64,000 bases of DNA from an uncultured Bacilli bacterium. GTDB lineage: Bacteria > Bacillota_I > Bacilli_A > RFN20 > CAG-826. Location: NCBI GenBank assembly GCA_944369075.1, contig CALVXK010000007.1:4362-68361 (forward strand). Direction: 5' to 3'. Position 1 is the first letter of the stretch; each line of letters starts with the position of its first letter. The translations under genes and the position numbers were made by a program. Below the pieces are notes generated by a model that had not been told where the DNA came from, made no database searches, and saw only the letters and a program-made list of their open reading frames with translations. Below, one piece after another: positions 63,088 through 64,000 of this stretch.

Positions 63088-63167
63088 AATGAAAATATGA
63101 TAGCATAAATTTTAAGTATCTAGTATTAAATATTAATTAAAAATTAATAAAAACTAGATACTTAAAA

Positions 63168-64000
63168 TTAAAGACTAGTTAGTTTAACTTCTTCTTTTTT
63201 ACTTTTAAATGTCTTTAAATAGTTAATCGTATCTTTTAATGTATCATATAAATCTCTTGGGTTATAATTTAAACATCTTGTAGCTTTATCGTGAGAAAAT
63301 TTATCATTAACATTTAAAGTATATAAAGCATATTTTGTAAATAAGGCTTTTTGTTTTTTCTTTTTAGCAATAAAAGATACTAAAGGAACAAAGATAGATA
63401 CGAATTTAGTAGATAAAATAGGTACTTTTCTATGTTTAGTGAGTTTATTAATCATATTAAATAATTCTTTTATATCATAGTGTCTATTTGAAAGAATATA
63501 TGATTCCCCTATTTTACCTAAAGTTAAAGCAGATATTGTTGCTTCACTTACATCTCTAACATCAACAAAATCATATCCTCCTTTTACTCCAGCAGGCATT
63601 TTATTATCAACATAATCATTAATTAGTTTAACTAAATGATTTGATTCATCTAAAAAGTAAGGTCCAATAATTCCACTAGGTTGAAGAATAATTGCTTTTA
63701 ATCCTTCATTTTTTACTAAGTTTAATATCTTATTAGAAGCAATAGCTTTAGTTTTAGCATAAGCTCCAACTACTTTATTTTCATCATAACGATCTTCTTC
63801 TTTAATTACTTCATAACGATCGTTAAAACATAAAGCATGAACACTACTTACATAAATCATTCTATCGACATTATATTTAATACATAGTTTAGCAACATTT
63901 ATTGTTCCATTAACATTTGTATCATATAAGTTAGGATCAATATCATTTGCAATTGAAACTATTGCTGCTGTATGAATTAAATAAACATTCTCATATTTAG
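63168..64000 (-). CDS. NAD-dependent epimerase/dehydratase (dihydroflavonol-reductase-like), 5' end outside the window
   Basis: Frame open to the window edge ('IHTAAIVSI', 'NVNGT'); 'YVSSVHA', YAKTK, 'PSGIIGP', 'DFVDVRDV'. Confidence 0.88.
   Translation of the reverse strand, partial: KYENVYLIHTAAIVSIANDIDPNLYDTNVNGTINVAKLCIKYNVDRMIYVSSVHALCFNDRYEVIKEEDRYDENKVVGAYAKTKAIASNKILNLVKNEGLKAIILQPSGIIGPYFLDESNHLVKLINDYVDNKMPAGVKGGYDFVDVRDVSEATISALTLGKIGESYILSNRHYDIKELFNMINKLTKHRKVPILSTKFVSIFVPLVSFIAKKKKQKALFTKYALYTLNVNDKFSHDKATRCLNYNPRDLYDTLKDTINYLKTFKSKKEEVKLTSL

Noticed and set aside
1-64000. Mycoplasma code 4 (UGA=Trp)
   Set aside because: Long conserved genes are uninterrupted under standard stops and use TGG; no intact gene needs UGA read-through.

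Overview
Very AT-rich chromosomal window from a reduced-genome, Mollicutes-related Bacilli organism. Taxonomy is inferred from LemA plus a Mycoplasma-type partner, Opp ATPases with long insertions, and a TM-anchored rather than LPXTG-anchored protease. Contents: the end of a pstA-pstB-phoU-phoP-phoR operon, lipid/sugar genes, mgsA-DUF2130-nrdA-nrdB, an ABC exporter pair, a cell-surface S8 protease upstream of oppABCDF, prs, MATE, tex, lemA, pfkB, galE, tRNA-Gln(CUG), and a small decayed island at the tRNA 3' end (two Schlafen/AlbA_2-ATPase-wHTH paralogs plus a serine recombinase remnant). Main signals: (1) the five in-frame CGG codons I found by eye all fit Trp, one at a conserved MATE Trp, pointing to CGG Arg->Trp recoding, and no intact gene ends in TGA; (2) an AlbA_2-wHTH gene carries the same 11-bp repeat over its -35 box and, inverted, inside its own coding linker; (3) 29-bp tandem repeats and an 18-bp palindrome precede a decayed HEPN RNase gene. 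All scans were manual and no databases were searched.
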